A stretch of DNA of 64,000 bases, taken from assembly GCA_001179505.1 (NCBI GenBank), contig CDMY01000424.1, forward strand, positions 15,105-79,104, given 5' to 3'. Positions 32,965 through 47,978 of this stretch are shown in pieces. Under the pieces are notes generated by a model that worked only from the letters and a program-made list of their open reading frames with translations, was not told the DNA's origin and did no database searches. Origin of the DNA: Vitrella brassicaformis CCMP3155 (taxonomy: Eukaryota > Protista > Chromerida). How positions within the stretch are numbered: the first letter of the stretch is position 1; each line of letters opens with the position of its first letter. The position numbers and the translations under genes are program-made.

Positions 32965-34502
32965 CAGCCCAGCCCAGTATGCACACCACGAACAGGCCAG
33001 GCAGAGAGAGCAATCCATCCATCCATCCATTCTCGTGTCAGTCAAGCACCCCCCCTCCCTCCCTCCCTCCCTCCCTTTGTTCCCATGACTGACTAGTGTC
33101 CATCCAGTACACATAGACAGATAGCGGTCAGTCGGTGGTGCATTCGATCAACAGCAGCAGCAGCAGCCGCCGCCTGTCTTTCGATTATCGACCCAGAGCT
33201 CGGTCGCCGGCAGGCAGCACTCGATCCATACGGCATGCAGGCATGCATGGCCACACCGTGGCACCGTATCGCCAAGCAAAAGACCCACCCTGCAGCACCA
33301 CACAGCACACTCATCGGCTAACTAGACAAACTCCCTCCTCTCTCTCTCCCTCCTTCCCTCCCCCCCGAATTCATCTCAATCAGAACACAAAAGCGGTCAT
33401 CCACACAGACGCACTCACGCATTCACTCGAAGCAAAAACGGCATAGGGGTCCAGTCAAGTCAACAGCCTGCCAGCCCGCCAGCGTGAGCGATTCCCCACC
33501 TCTCCGTCCCTCACGCACAGACATCCATACATCCATCCATCCATGGGGGTGCCTCATGAGTGCAGGCAGGCAGCAGCAGCAGCAGCAGCAGCCCACGAGA
33601 CAGGTCGGTCCATCCATCCATCCATGTAGCACCACACCACACCACAGCACCACGGTAAATGAACCATCGTCCGTCGGTCGGCCGGTCAGGCGCAATGGAT
33701 GCACAACGAGCTGAGCTAGTCATCCATCCATCCATCCCAGCTATGCGTCATGTGTGTCCATTCGATCATTCAGACATGCGAAATCACCCATGTGGTTTGT
33801 GTACGCGTGAGTGGGTAGGGGGGGGAGAGTGCAGCAGTTGGGGGCCATCGGAGAAAGCGAGACAGCCGCCAACCATTGACGGTAGACGTGTGCAATCAAG
33901 CCATTTCATTCAAAGTGGGAAAATACAAAAAAATCATAGTGCGTGCATCCATTCGCCATCCATCCATCCATCCGTCGACCGACCGACCAGCCATCCATCC
34001 ATCCATCCACAACAAGAGGCCAAAACTCACGACAAGATAGCTTGATTGGTCCCAACCTTATGTGGGTGAGGAGCTATCCAAAGAGACAAAAAGAGGCTCC
34101 ATGCAATCAACGCTTTGCTGCCGTGCTGTCTGTCTGTTGTGGTGTGTACATATGTGTGGGCAATAAGGGCATTCTTTCATGCATATCATGTCATGTCAGG
34201 TATCAAAGGAGGGGAGGGGTAAAGGCACAGCACACTATCACCTGTAAGTATACTTACGGGTACCCGCCGGTACATGTAAGTAGTGCATGCATGGGGAGCA
34301 AGTGGGCAAGTCAGTGAGTCAGTCGAGTGCACAACCAACGAAGGAGTGCTATTCCTCTAACACGTACGTGCGTACGCTTAATTACACCATCAGCAGCGAC
34401 ACACACACAACCAACCAACCAATCAACCCAGCGCGACAACACGACACGACACGGCACACCATGGGCAGCAGAGAGAGAGGGAGCGACGAGCGAAAAAGTT
34501 AG

Positions 34503-34740
34503 GTGGGCGGTGGGTGTGGGTGTACGTACCCAATGCACCATCCCATCTGCTGTGAGTAACGAATGGCCAACAAACCGGTGGGCGGTGGGTGTGGGTGAAA
34601 AAGTTGCGTACCCAATGCACCATGCCATCTGCTGTGAGTAACGAATGGCCAACAAACCGGTGGGCGGTGGGTGTGGGTGAAAAAGTTACGTACCCAATGC
34701 ACCATCCCATCTGCTGTGAGTAACGAATGGCCAACAAACC
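34503..34740. repeat. Minisatellite, three units of about 75-82 bp
   Basis: Unit gtgggcggtgggtgtgggtg(aaaaagtt)..gtacccaatgcaccat(c/g)ccatctgctgtgagtaacgaatggccaacaaacc starts at 34503, 34578 and 34660. Confidence 0.9.
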
Positions 34741-35569
34741 AACAAAGTTACGACGAATGCACGGATCCATGGAACAAACCAACAACCATCAACCGGAGAG
34801 AGAGCGAGAGAGAGCGATGCACTTACAAGTCACCCAGCTGTCTGGCCGCCTGTGTAAGGCGGAAAAAGAGTGTGCGGTGAGGCGAGACACAACAAACATG
34901 TCTCGCTCGCTCGCTCGCTCGTCACGGCTCTTGTGCGGTGGATATGTGTACACATTATACATAGCCACGAATAGCAATGATACAGATGTGTGTGTGTGTG
35001 TGTGTGTGTGTATGATGGTGTGATATATATGCGATCATATGTGGCCTCATGACCCAAAAAATATACACCCCACACACACATTCCACTCACTCACCTGCTG
35101 ACTTCCTCCCCGCCCCGCCCCCCCGCTGCACGAGAAATCAATGAATGAATCAAATGAAAAGTATGCATGCATGCATACAACTGCGGACCCACGCACGCGC
35201 ACACTCATGCAAATGTCATGTAGTATAGTGTAGCACTAGGGGCATGTACGTATGTACGTACACATACATGTACTCATGCATGTAAACCATCCACGTCACT
35301 CACTCACTCACTCACACACCACTACCCACCACCCACACACCCACGAAAGTCAGCCAGTCAGTCAGTCAGTCGCCAAGTGCCTGTTACAAAACGATGACAC
35401 CACAGCACAGCAGGCAGACAGGCAGCCAGATATACAGGTTCGCAGGTCCGCAGGTCGACAGGTATACTGACATACAACATATGGCTATCCATCCACGCTA
35501 TCACATCCACTTGCGATCGATCCATCGGCCCCGCATGCATGCGATCGATCATATCATCACCATCACTCA

Positions 35570-38500
35570 TCACTCCTCGTCGCCCTCGTCCACCCGTGTC
35601 AGGATCGACAGCTGCCTGCTCGCAGCAATAGCCCGCTTCAGTGCTCGGGGGGACACCCTTGCTCGCCCCCGCTCGCCGGCCAGCGCCACACATGAGGTGA
35701 AGACGTCGTGTGCACTGGGCCACTCCGCGCGCCTCAGATCCTCCTGCAGATGGGCCGTGGAGATCATCAGGTGCTCGCGGGGCTCGTGTGTGGGGCACCA
35801 GTGAGAGGTAAAGCGCTGCAGACAGACAGAAAGAGGGATGTGTGTGGAGAGCATTTCGTGGTATGTGTGTGTGCTCGGGTCGGTGGCGTGCGTACTGTAC
35901 GTACCTGTACAAGTGGCATGAGTGGGTAGAGAGGTGATGCCGCGCCCCTCTTCTTGATGGTGGCGAGGAATTGGTCCATCGACACCGGCTTCATCGGCAC
36001 ACCCAAGTCGCCGAGCCAACGCTCGCGCTCAGAACTGATCGGTCGTCAAAACACAAACAGGTACGTACACACAAACAATTAGTGCACTCACTCTGCCGTC
36101 CGTGTTGTGTTGCCTGCCTCTATCTAGTGTGTGCTGTAAATAATGTGTCCGTACTTGGTGATGAGCTGTGGGTTGGCGAGATGGTAGACCCAATGGCGAC
36201 GGTTCTCGGTCAAACACAGCCGGGCCTGCACAGACAAGACATGGAAGAAGAACAACGAATGCATCCATCCACTCACTCACTCGTGTAGGCACACTCTCTC
36301 CTCTCACCATCATGGCAGCGACGACATCGACGGGCGTCCCACCCAGAGGCGCTGTCACGACGGGCGGCATCTCCCCCTCCTGGAGCATGGCCATCATCAT
36401 TGCCCCGCCCACGTCCCTCTCGTCCACGTAGCCCGTCATCAGGCTCGTCATGCCGCTCGGCACGCGGTAGATGGTGCAGGGCAGGCCCCTCGCCCGCGCC
36501 TTCTTGAGCACCTGCTCCGTCGACCAGTTGGTCCACGGGAGGCCGAATTGCTCGGGCGGGCTGACCTCGCGCAGGCGCTTGGTGTCGAGGGTGCTGGCCT
36601 CGCGGAGCTCCTTGCCGTGGCCAAGGACGAACTCGGGGAAGAGGGTGAGGGACGACACAAAGTGGAGGGGCTTGAGCTTGCTTGTGGTGCAGAGCCGCAC
36701 GATCTCCTTCATCGCGAACGTGTTCTCGCGCAGGCGGTCGTAGCTCTGCATGAACGACTGGCCGTTGGTGAAGCCCGTGTGGAAGACCAGGTCGATCCGC
36801 TCGCACAGCTCGGCAAAGAAGTGCTCGGCCAGGTGGTTGGGCTTGAGGCCGAGATGCCGCCGCGTCACGTGGCCGGGCACGATCATCAGGCGGCTCTGGT
36901 ACTCGTCGTTCCAGATGCCCGCTTCCTGGCACGCCTCACGCACCTGCCGCAGACCCTCCTCGTCGCTGTTGGTCTGCACCAGGCAATGCACCGTCAGCTG
37001 CTCCTTGGCCTGCAGCAGCGCCACGGTGAGGAACCGGCCCACTGCTGACGTCGCATCCGTCACGAGCACGTNNNNNNNNNNNNNNNNNNNNNNNNNNNNN
37101 NNNNNNNNNNNNNNNNNNNNNNNNNNNNNNNNNNNNNNNNNNNNNNNNNNNNNNNNNNNNNNNNNNNNNNNNNNNNNNNNNNNNNNNNNNNNNNNNNNNN
37201 NNNNNNNNNNNNNNNNNNNNNNNNNNNNNNNNNNNNNNNNNNNNNNNNNNNNNNNNNNNNNNNNNNNNNNNNNNNNNNNNNNNNNNNNNNNNNNNNNNNN
37301 NNNNNNNNNNNNNNNNNNNNNNNNNNNNNNNNNNNNNNNNNNNNNNNNNNNNNNNNNNNNNNNNNNNNNNNATTGCCATCATCAGCGCCCCGCCCACGTG
37401 CCTCTCGTCCACGTAGCCCGTCATCAGGCTCGTCATGCCGCTCGGCACTCGGTAGATGGTGCACGGCAGGCCCCTCGCCCGCGCCTTCTTGAGCACCTGC
37501 TCCGTCGACCAGTTGGTCCACGGGAGGCCGAATTGCTCGGGTGGGCAGACCTCGCGCAGGCGCTTGGTGTCGAGGGTGGTGGCCTCGCGGAGCTCCTTGC
37601 CCTGGCCAAGGACGTACTCGGGGAAGAGGGTGAGGGACGACACAAAGTGGAGGGGCTTGAGCTTGCTGGTGGTGCACAGCCGCACGATCTCCTTCATCGC
37701 GAAGGTGTTCTCGCGCAGGCGGTCGTAGCTCTGCATGAACGACTGGCCGTTGGCGAAGCCCGTGTGGAAGACCAGGTCGATCCGCTCGCACAGCTCGGCA
37801 AAGAAGTGCTCGGCCAGGTGGTTGGGCTTGAGGCCGAGATGCCGCCGCGTCACGTGGCCGGGCACGATCATCAGCCGGCTCTGGTACTCGTCCTTCCAGA
37901 TGCCCGCTTCCTGGCACGCCTCACGCACCTGCCGCAGACCCTCCTCGTCGCTGTTGGTCTGCACCAGGCAATGCACCGTCAGCTGCTCCTTGGCCTGCAG
38001 CAGCGCCACGGTGAGGAACCGGCCCACTGCTGACGTCGCATCCGTCACGAGCACGTGTCTGCTCTTGCGTGGTGGGTGGGGGGGGAGGGCGGGGAGGGAG
38101 GCGACGTCGAACTTGAAGCTCTTGGCGACCTTGTTGACGTCCGTCTCGGGGTCCCTCTTCCTGGTGCCGTCGTCCGTCGCGCTCACCCCGCTGCTGTCGG
38201 GGTTGGTGGCTGCTGTTGAGAAGGGGGCGATGGGGTCCATCACGCCCTCCTGCTCACGTTTGCCCACCAGCTGCCCAGCCAAAGCGTCCAGCGAGGGGTT
38301 GTCGAACATACACGAGGGCGGCAGGTCGATGCCCGTCATCCGCCGCACGTGCTCGCGGAACTCGGTCATGCCGATCGAGTCGAGGCCCAGATCGAGCAGT
38401 CTGCCGACGGGTGACGGCCGCTCCTCCCCACCCACCACCGAGTGGGCGACGGACGCCAGGGCGTCGGCCAGGGCGGTCCTGCCCGTGTCGTTGGTGGATG

Positions 38501-41500
38501 AGGGTCGGAATGAGTCGGTGGGCGATGTGGGCTGCACGGAGGAGGGACTTTTTGTGTCGGTGGAGGAGAGGAAGCTGGAGGGGGTGGCGGTGGAGAGGGA
38601 TCGTGTCGAGGCGTCGGTGGACGGGGACGGCGCGTTGCGGGGCGTGTACTTGATCTTGACGGTGTCTGCTGGTGCTGCTGCCGTGCAGAGGTCTTCGCAC
38701 CACATGACGCCGCCCTTGCCATTGGCCCGACTTCTTTGGAGCATCTGCTTGGCCTTGCTCCGCTGCATCTTGCCCGAGGTGGTCTTGGGCAGCACGCGCG
38801 GCTTGAGCAGCCAGATCTGCTGCACGGGCAGACCCACCTTCATGCTCGCCGCACGGACCACCTCCTGTGCGATCGTCCGCAGCACCGCGTCCTTGTCGCC
38901 GCACCGATCCGTCGTGCACGCCAGCATCGACACGAACCGATCAAAGCCGCCCTGCCGCCTGGCGCCCCTCTTGCTGAGCAGCGTGTCGTCGTCCATGTCG
39001 CTCTTGCCCGCCGCCATGGTCAGCGCCTTGACCTTCTCCGGCCGCAGCTCACATGCGATGCCCATGCCCTCTCCCTGCTCGCTGTCGACAGGGAAAGCCG
39101 CGCAGCAGCCGGGTCGCACGACGTCACACTTGGCCTCGATGGCCTCCTCAATGTCCTGCGGGATGTACCTGTGTGAATGAAAAGGAAAGCACACACATCA
39201 GATCAGCAGGAGGAAGGATTATGCCCCCATATCTCTGTCTGTCTGTCTGATCCGCTCACTCACTTGCGCCCCCTGACGATGATCATGTCCTTGGCGCGGC
39301 CGGCGATGAAGAGCTCGCCCTTGTAGAGGAACCCCGTGTCGCCGGTGCGCAGGAAGGGCCCTTCGTGCTTGGGTGCGTTGGTGGTGCCCGAAAGGGTGGC
39401 CTGGAACGTCTGGCGTGTCTGCTCCGCTAGACCGAGGTAGCCCTGGGCCATGGAAGGGGATGACAGCCACACCTCTCCCACGTGGCCCTCGGGCAGCGGC
39501 TGGTGGGTGGACGAATCCACAATCGCAACTGATGGATGGATGGATAAGGGAAAAAGGAGAGCACATGAATGAGGGCAGCTCGGTGGTTCTGAGTAGCTAT
39601 CGTGTGTGTGTGTGTGTGTGTGTTGTGTGTATGCCGACTTATGTGAGTCGGCATACCTGTTGTGTCGTTGACAGGGAGTCTGTTGCCGATGATGATCTTG
39701 CGCTCCGACCCCTCCGTCCAGCTGGGGCCGAATCCATACCACTCCTCCTCGATCCGAACATTGCCCTGACGTATACGATCGATACAAGCACACACACGGC
39801 AAGGCAAACGATCAGACACGTGTCCATCCCATCGATGCCTGGCCTGGGTGCATCGCATCGCATCGCATCCTACGTTGATCTCTATCTCTAGAGCGTTGAT
39901 CGACAGCACCAGCGGCTCTGTGTCGAGGGTTGGCCGTCTGCCGGTGGCCACCAGGGTGTTCTCAGCCAACCCAAACGCAGGCAAGAATGTGCTGGGGCGC
40001 ACACCAACCTCTCGGAACGTCTGCGCACACACATACACATCACACATGAGAGAGTGGCGTGGTGAGAGGGAAGTCAGCTGAGGGTTCCCTCACATCGATG
40101 AAGTTCTTGATGGACGAGTATCTGAGCGGCTCTGCCCCGCACAGGAAGCCGGCCACCTTGCTGAGGTCGAGTGACTTCCTAATGTCCTCAGGCGTCTTGC
40201 GGCTGACCAGGTCGTAGGCGAAGTTCTGATGATGATTGACACAAGTTTGCAGATACCGATCATCCTGTCAGAGCTCTAACGATGTCGCAAGGGCTTACGG
40301 GAGCTGCCGTGGCGTGGCACTGCCACTTGGTCATGCCCTGCAGCCACAACCAGGGCCGACGCACGAAGTCCAGCGGGGACATCATGATCAGCTCGCTGCC
40401 GAAGAAGAGAGTGCCACCCACCAGACCAATCAGACCTGATAAGAAGAGAAGAAAAGACAAAGTAAGTGGGTCTCAGTGCGGTGCGTGCATCTCATTCCTC
40501 ATCTATGCGATGCGATGACCGTACCCATGTCATGATAGACGGGCAGCCAGCTGAACGAGCGTATGTTCTGCCCCAGCACACTCCGACACTGAATCTGCCT
40601 CTTGTACCACCATCTCACGAAGTCGCGCATTGGCCGATCATACAGCGGGACGAAGGGCTCCTCGCTGCCGTCGGCCTCCCCTCCGCTGTCCTTCCTGAGG
40701 TCGTGCTTGGTGCGGTAATCGTCTCGTGGGTCGAACGCGTAATTAGCCACACAGAGATGGGTGTTGCTGAAGTCCACAAGCACATAGACAGTGCACAGTG
40801 AATAACGCATCCGTCACGGCACGCATCGTGTCGTGTGCACAGCTGGCCCAGCCTCTTACTGCAGGAGATTGCCGTGTGAGACCATGACGCCCTTGGGGTG
40901 GTTGGTGGACCCCGAGGTGAACTGCAGGAAGGCCACCTGGGTGTGGGGGATGTGGGAGGGGAGAGGGGGGAGGGACGGGCCGTGGCCGTTCTTGGAGGCC
41001 CTGTCGATGAGCTCCTGCGAGCTGAACCACCGCAAGTTGCGCCACTCCTTGCGCACCTCGTCGGTCAGCTCGTTCTCCTTGGCGGCCGGCGGCGGTGTGT
41101 GGCCGCTGTGGGCGGATGCGGGGGGCGTGTGGAGGTGGGCGGCCATGGACGAGGGGCAGTGGCTGTGGAGGGTGAGCTTGCAGTTGAGGCCGTGAAGAAT
41201 GCGCTGATAGAAATTGTTGGTCAGGCACGCCTGGGCCTTGACCGTCGAAGCGATCCGCGTGAAACGGGGAAGGTCCGTGCTCAACTGAATGAACGAATGA
41301 CAGACAGACAGACAGACATGAATACACACATGTGCGAGCAACCGATGCAATGCTGGTCTTCCGTGGAGATTTATTCACTTTCCTACCTTGGATGGATCAG
41401 GTGGGTAGACGGGGACGGCGACAACCCCACTGTACAGGCACGCGAAGAACGCCACGATAAAGTCGATGCCCGGCGGATAGCACAGCAGCACCGTCGCAGG

Positions 41501-41992
41501 CTTGCCATCCTGACCCCGATCCACCAGCAGCAGCAGCTGCCGCCCCAGCGCCTCGGCCCGCCGATGCAGCTCCTGATAGCTGATAGCCGACTCGACCGAT
41601 CCGTCCACCTTGAGGAAGCGGACGGCATTGACGGATGGCTGCACACGGGCCCAGTAGGAGATCAGCCGCCGGATTGCGGGACCGTCCTCGGGCACCTCCG
41701 TCGGCGCGCCGTCGCCACATGGCCACCAGCACCCCTCGGCGTAGAAGTCATACAGCCCGGCCGGCTCGCTGGGCTCCGCTGGCCGCTGGTGTGCTGGGGG
41801 GTGGGGGGATGATTCTCGGCGGATGGAGGACGACGAGTCGCTGCTGGGTTGGGCGAGGGGGGGCAGGAGGGAGCTGGATGGGGAGGGGCAGGGCGGGCTG
41901 CCGGCCGCGGTAGTCGTGGTCTTGGATGTGGCCTTGGGCATGTCAGGCAGGGCGCTCTCGGCCTTGGCGGCCACAGCAACGCCGAGAGGCAT
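35570..41992 (-). CDS. Multidomain fatty acyl-AMP ligase - acyl carrier protein - terminal thioester-reductase-like (A-T-R) enzyme
   Basis: FAAL motifs CYPPGIDFIVAFFACLYSGVVAVPVYPP, FLQFTSGSTNHPKGVMVSHGNL, WLPVYHDMG, FGLAENTL, FLRTGDTGF, GRAKDMIIVRG and LPKTTSGK. ACP motif LLDLGLDSIGM. SDR-like R domain HVLVTDATSAVG..IVPGHVTRRHLGL..HFVSS..GLPCTIYR. The R exon appears twice across the gap. Confidence 0.88.
37072..37371. other. Scaffold gap (300 N)
   Basis: Run of N. Confidence 1.
37372..38056. repeat. Diverged duplicate (roughly 97-98% identical) of 36387-37071, the R-domain exon segment
   Basis: Offset 985 bp, with about 17 substitutions counted by eye, several non-synonymous (WND/WKD, GFT/GFA, EFV/EYV, GHG/GQG, VSP/VCP, RDV/RHV). 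Confidence 0.85.
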
Positions 41993-42424
41993 ATGCCTCG
42001 ACGACCTCACAGAGATCGCCAAAAACGACACAGAGAGTGAGTCAAAACGCAAAAACGTACACGCAGTCTCACTCGAGCAGTCAGCGCAGTCAGTTACCAG
42101 GCAAGCACTGAGTCAGAGGAGAAAAAGGATCACTCTCTCTGTCGTGAATCAATCAAGTGGCCAGGCAGTCAGTCAGACAGTCAGTGAGTAAGTGCGTCAG
42201 TCAGTCACAGCTGATGATGCGACACGCTGAAGCCGACAGACGGCGTGTAGACAGATAGAGAGAGATAGAGAGAGATAGATAGCGAAAAAAGAGTCGTCGG
42301 GTGTGGAGGGACTCTCCACTCCCAGGTCAGCCAGTGCGTCACCGGACTCGTCTGTCGCTAGACAACGGGACGTGAAATCAGCGCGACCTGAGGGAGCAGC
42401 CGTCTGAGGGAGATCGCGAGACCG

Positions 42425-42442
42425 AAAGCTCGCAAGCTCGCA
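42425..42442 (+). promoter_or_regulatory. Tandem AAGCTCGCA elements in the FAAL/aldolase divergent intergenic region
   Basis: aaagctcgcaagctcgca, followed by an ATTGG (reverse CCAAT) at about 42453. Confidence 0.55.
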
Positions 42443-42707
42443 TCTATTCTATTGGCTCGCGTGAAAGAAGTCCGCGCATCACCCGCAAACTGATGTGTTA
42501 AGAGAGAAGTGAGCAGCAGCAGCAGCGCCTGGATCAGCCGGTTTTTCTTTTCCCTCTCCGGTGTCCTCTCTTTTCTCTCGGCAGACAGCGCGCCTCTCCT
42601 CTCGCCTCACAACCCCCAGCTGTCTCGGACCGGCTGCCACATCAAATATATCTCCTTCATGATGGCACGCGCAGTGTGTGGCATCCATTGCTCTTCGAAA
42701 GCTTGAG

Positions 42708-42902
42708 ATGGAGATCCTGCCTGTTAAGTTGTGTGCGCAAGGGAGCATCTCTCTCGCTGGGCCGCCAGCCTCAACAGGCGAGGCGACGCTGACTGACCTC
42801 GCCGTAGATCTGGCTTGCATGGTAAGCCACAAAGCACGACAACGAGTTGGTGTCCATGAGTTCCATGCGTTCTCTCTTCTGTTACGGTCCCGTGCGTTCT
42901 CT

Positions 42903-42941
<39 letters not shown>

Positions 42942-44184
42942 ATCGCCTGTGTGACGAATGGGGCTACAATGAAGGCGATAGCAGCAACTTCACGATTGCT
43001 GTCAAAACAGATGATGGGTCCATGCTCTTCTTCCTGATCAAGTGAGCACACGGGTGCACAGCGTCTGTCAACACGTCTTTCTCTGCATGTGTGCATTTGG
43101 TTGCCTTCCCTTCATTCAGGCATGGTGTGCAGTGGCAAGATGTGACAGTGAGGGATATAATCCTGGTCAATGCAGCGGGCGATGTAGTGCACGGTAGGCA
43201 GGGCAACACAATCTCACCGATGGTTTGTGTTGGTCATGGCGGTCATTCGGCAGGCAGACTGGGGATGCGGGAGCAATGAGGCGTGCCCTTCCTCGGCCCA
43301 CTTTGACGTCATTGGCTTCCACATCCGCCGGGCCATCCACGAGCGCCTGGGTGCGAATGGTGCTTCCCGAACACATAGAAAGCACACACATGATGCACCC
43401 ATACAATCATGTGTGTGAATGGGGCACATGCACGCACCTGAATGGCAGGCAGCGTGGTGCTTCACACGCACATGCCCACTGCCACCACTATGAGCGTCAT
43501 GCGCACGGAGAACGGTTCGCGAATTACCTGCTCGCCTGCGTCCACTGTCTCACGTGTGGGTCGGTGTGAGTATGTGTGTTTGCAGGAGGCTTGGTATTCC
43601 CCATCCATCAGGCCTCCTGCCGCTTCCACGACAATGTCGTGTATGATGAGAAGTTCAGCGGGTTGGCTTGTGGGCCGGAGGAGGGCTATGCAGAGGGCAA
43701 CAGAGTGGCCGACGTCCTCACTGGCGGCGGGGCCACAAGCAGAGTGCGTGCTGTGTTCTTACGAAATCACGGCCCAATGATTGTGGGACGCAACGGTCGG
43801 TCAGCAGACGCAAAGACACACACAATGGAGCCCGCCCGGATGTCGTGCCTGGTGTGTTTCGATTTGTCAGTGTGGGAGGCGTTGGATGATCTGTACTATC
43901 TCCATCGAGCATGCCTCTTCCAAGCAGAGGCTCTCAAGACAGCTGGGGGAGACATGTCAAGGCTGGCGCCACTCAAAGACGACATTGCACTCGCCACATC
44001 CAGACAGGTGACACACATGCTCACATTCAGTCTCTGTCTTGGCCGTGGGCCATGTGTGATGTGTCTTGCTGTGTTCTGACTGATGCAGTCTGACCATGTT
44101 CGCTCCTTGAAGGGCTGGAAACACATCTCCTCACACAGGACGCGGCTGCTCAAGGCCATCCCATCCATTGCAGATGTGTGTTGA
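42708..44184 (+). CDS. Class II aldolase/adducin-family metalloprotein
   Basis: DLACMYRLCDEWGYNEG..NFTI, FHIRRAIHERLG, VVLHTHMPTAT and VFLRNHGPMIVG (Zn-binding HxH and NHG), then EALDDLYYLHRAC..Q. The start is uncertain; upstream exons from about 42480 are possible. Confidence 0.85.
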
Positions 44185-44468
44185 CAGACAGATAGCTGTG
44201 CTGAGGACTGACAGGCTTGCGTGTTGACGCATTAGATAGACGTAGCCATAGACGTCATGGGCCGCAGGCTTGCGAAGACGAAGGCGAGAGACCGATGAGT
44301 CATTCTTGTATGTCCAACCACATGCACGTCCGCAATACACCACGATACATGCTGACGAGCCAGCAATAATACCACCACACGCCTCGCCGTCCAGGACGAA
44401 TCCTGGCCATTTAACGGCTGTGGGACACCCCTTTTCTCTCCTCCACGCAGCGTTCGTTCGTTCTCCAG

Positions 44469-47100
<2,632 letters not shown>

Positions 47101-47978
47101 CTGAGAGGCCACGTCGGCGTATAGGAGCGGACGGTGCAGATATATCGATGAGAGGGGCGGCATCGTCTGCCTGTCTGAAAGCTGTTTCTTGTGCTATGCG
47201 CTGCCAAGTTTGCATGCACAATTTAGTCTGTCTCACTCACTCACTCACTCTCTCTCTCTCTCATCTGTCAGTGCATTCACGTGTGGGCGATGCATGCCAT
47301 TGTATGTATGGGGTGGGTTGTGCTAGTGCATGCAATTTTGAAAGCCAGCCGCAGATGAATGCTAGTTGTGCGAGCTTCGAAGCAATCAGAGGGAGCCGTC
47401 CCACTGATAGAGCCGTGCTACCCTACCTATCTGACGACATCCTACAGTATGTCTATCAATCATCCCCCCACCCATCTGTCCGTATGGATTTTGCCAGCTG
47501 TTTATCATGGGCCATGATAGTCCCAATGGGATGTGACGGAGACAATGGGAGACAGAGAGACGCCACTTGCATTTGCGTCCCCTGCCTGCCCAGAGATCAT
47601 CGCACATATTGTGCTGTCACAGTGCTATGTTACGTCTACGCGAGAGAGACATACAGAGATGCAAACTTCAGTGGCGGAAAGATCAGTCACGTGCCTTCAT
47701 CAGGGGCTTCGGTGCATGGCCATGGTGAATGAATGAGTTGACGGACACAGGTGAATGGCAATGTTGAATGATCATCATGAACGGGCTGCACACAGTGAAT
47801 GATCATGAATGGCCAAGTCACACGCGTACACCGAAACTCCTTATACGCTCCTTATACGCTCTACGCGATACAGAACACATAAGCGGGCCTCTGTCTGTCT
47901 GTCTGTCTGTCTAACTGGCTGTTTTGTGGAGCACGTCCGTTCACCCCAACGGCAGCTGTACGTAAATACAGCGCACCC

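Noticed and set aside
34503-34740. Regularly spaced repeat as a CRISPR array
   Set aside because: The whole unit repeats with no unique spacers, there are no cas genes, and the context is eukaryotic.
28000-35500. Numerous 60-260 aa ORFs in the ORF track, including those spanning N runs
   Set aside because: They are translations of (GT)n, (GA)n, (GGAT)n and (CTGT)n microsatellites or of gaps.
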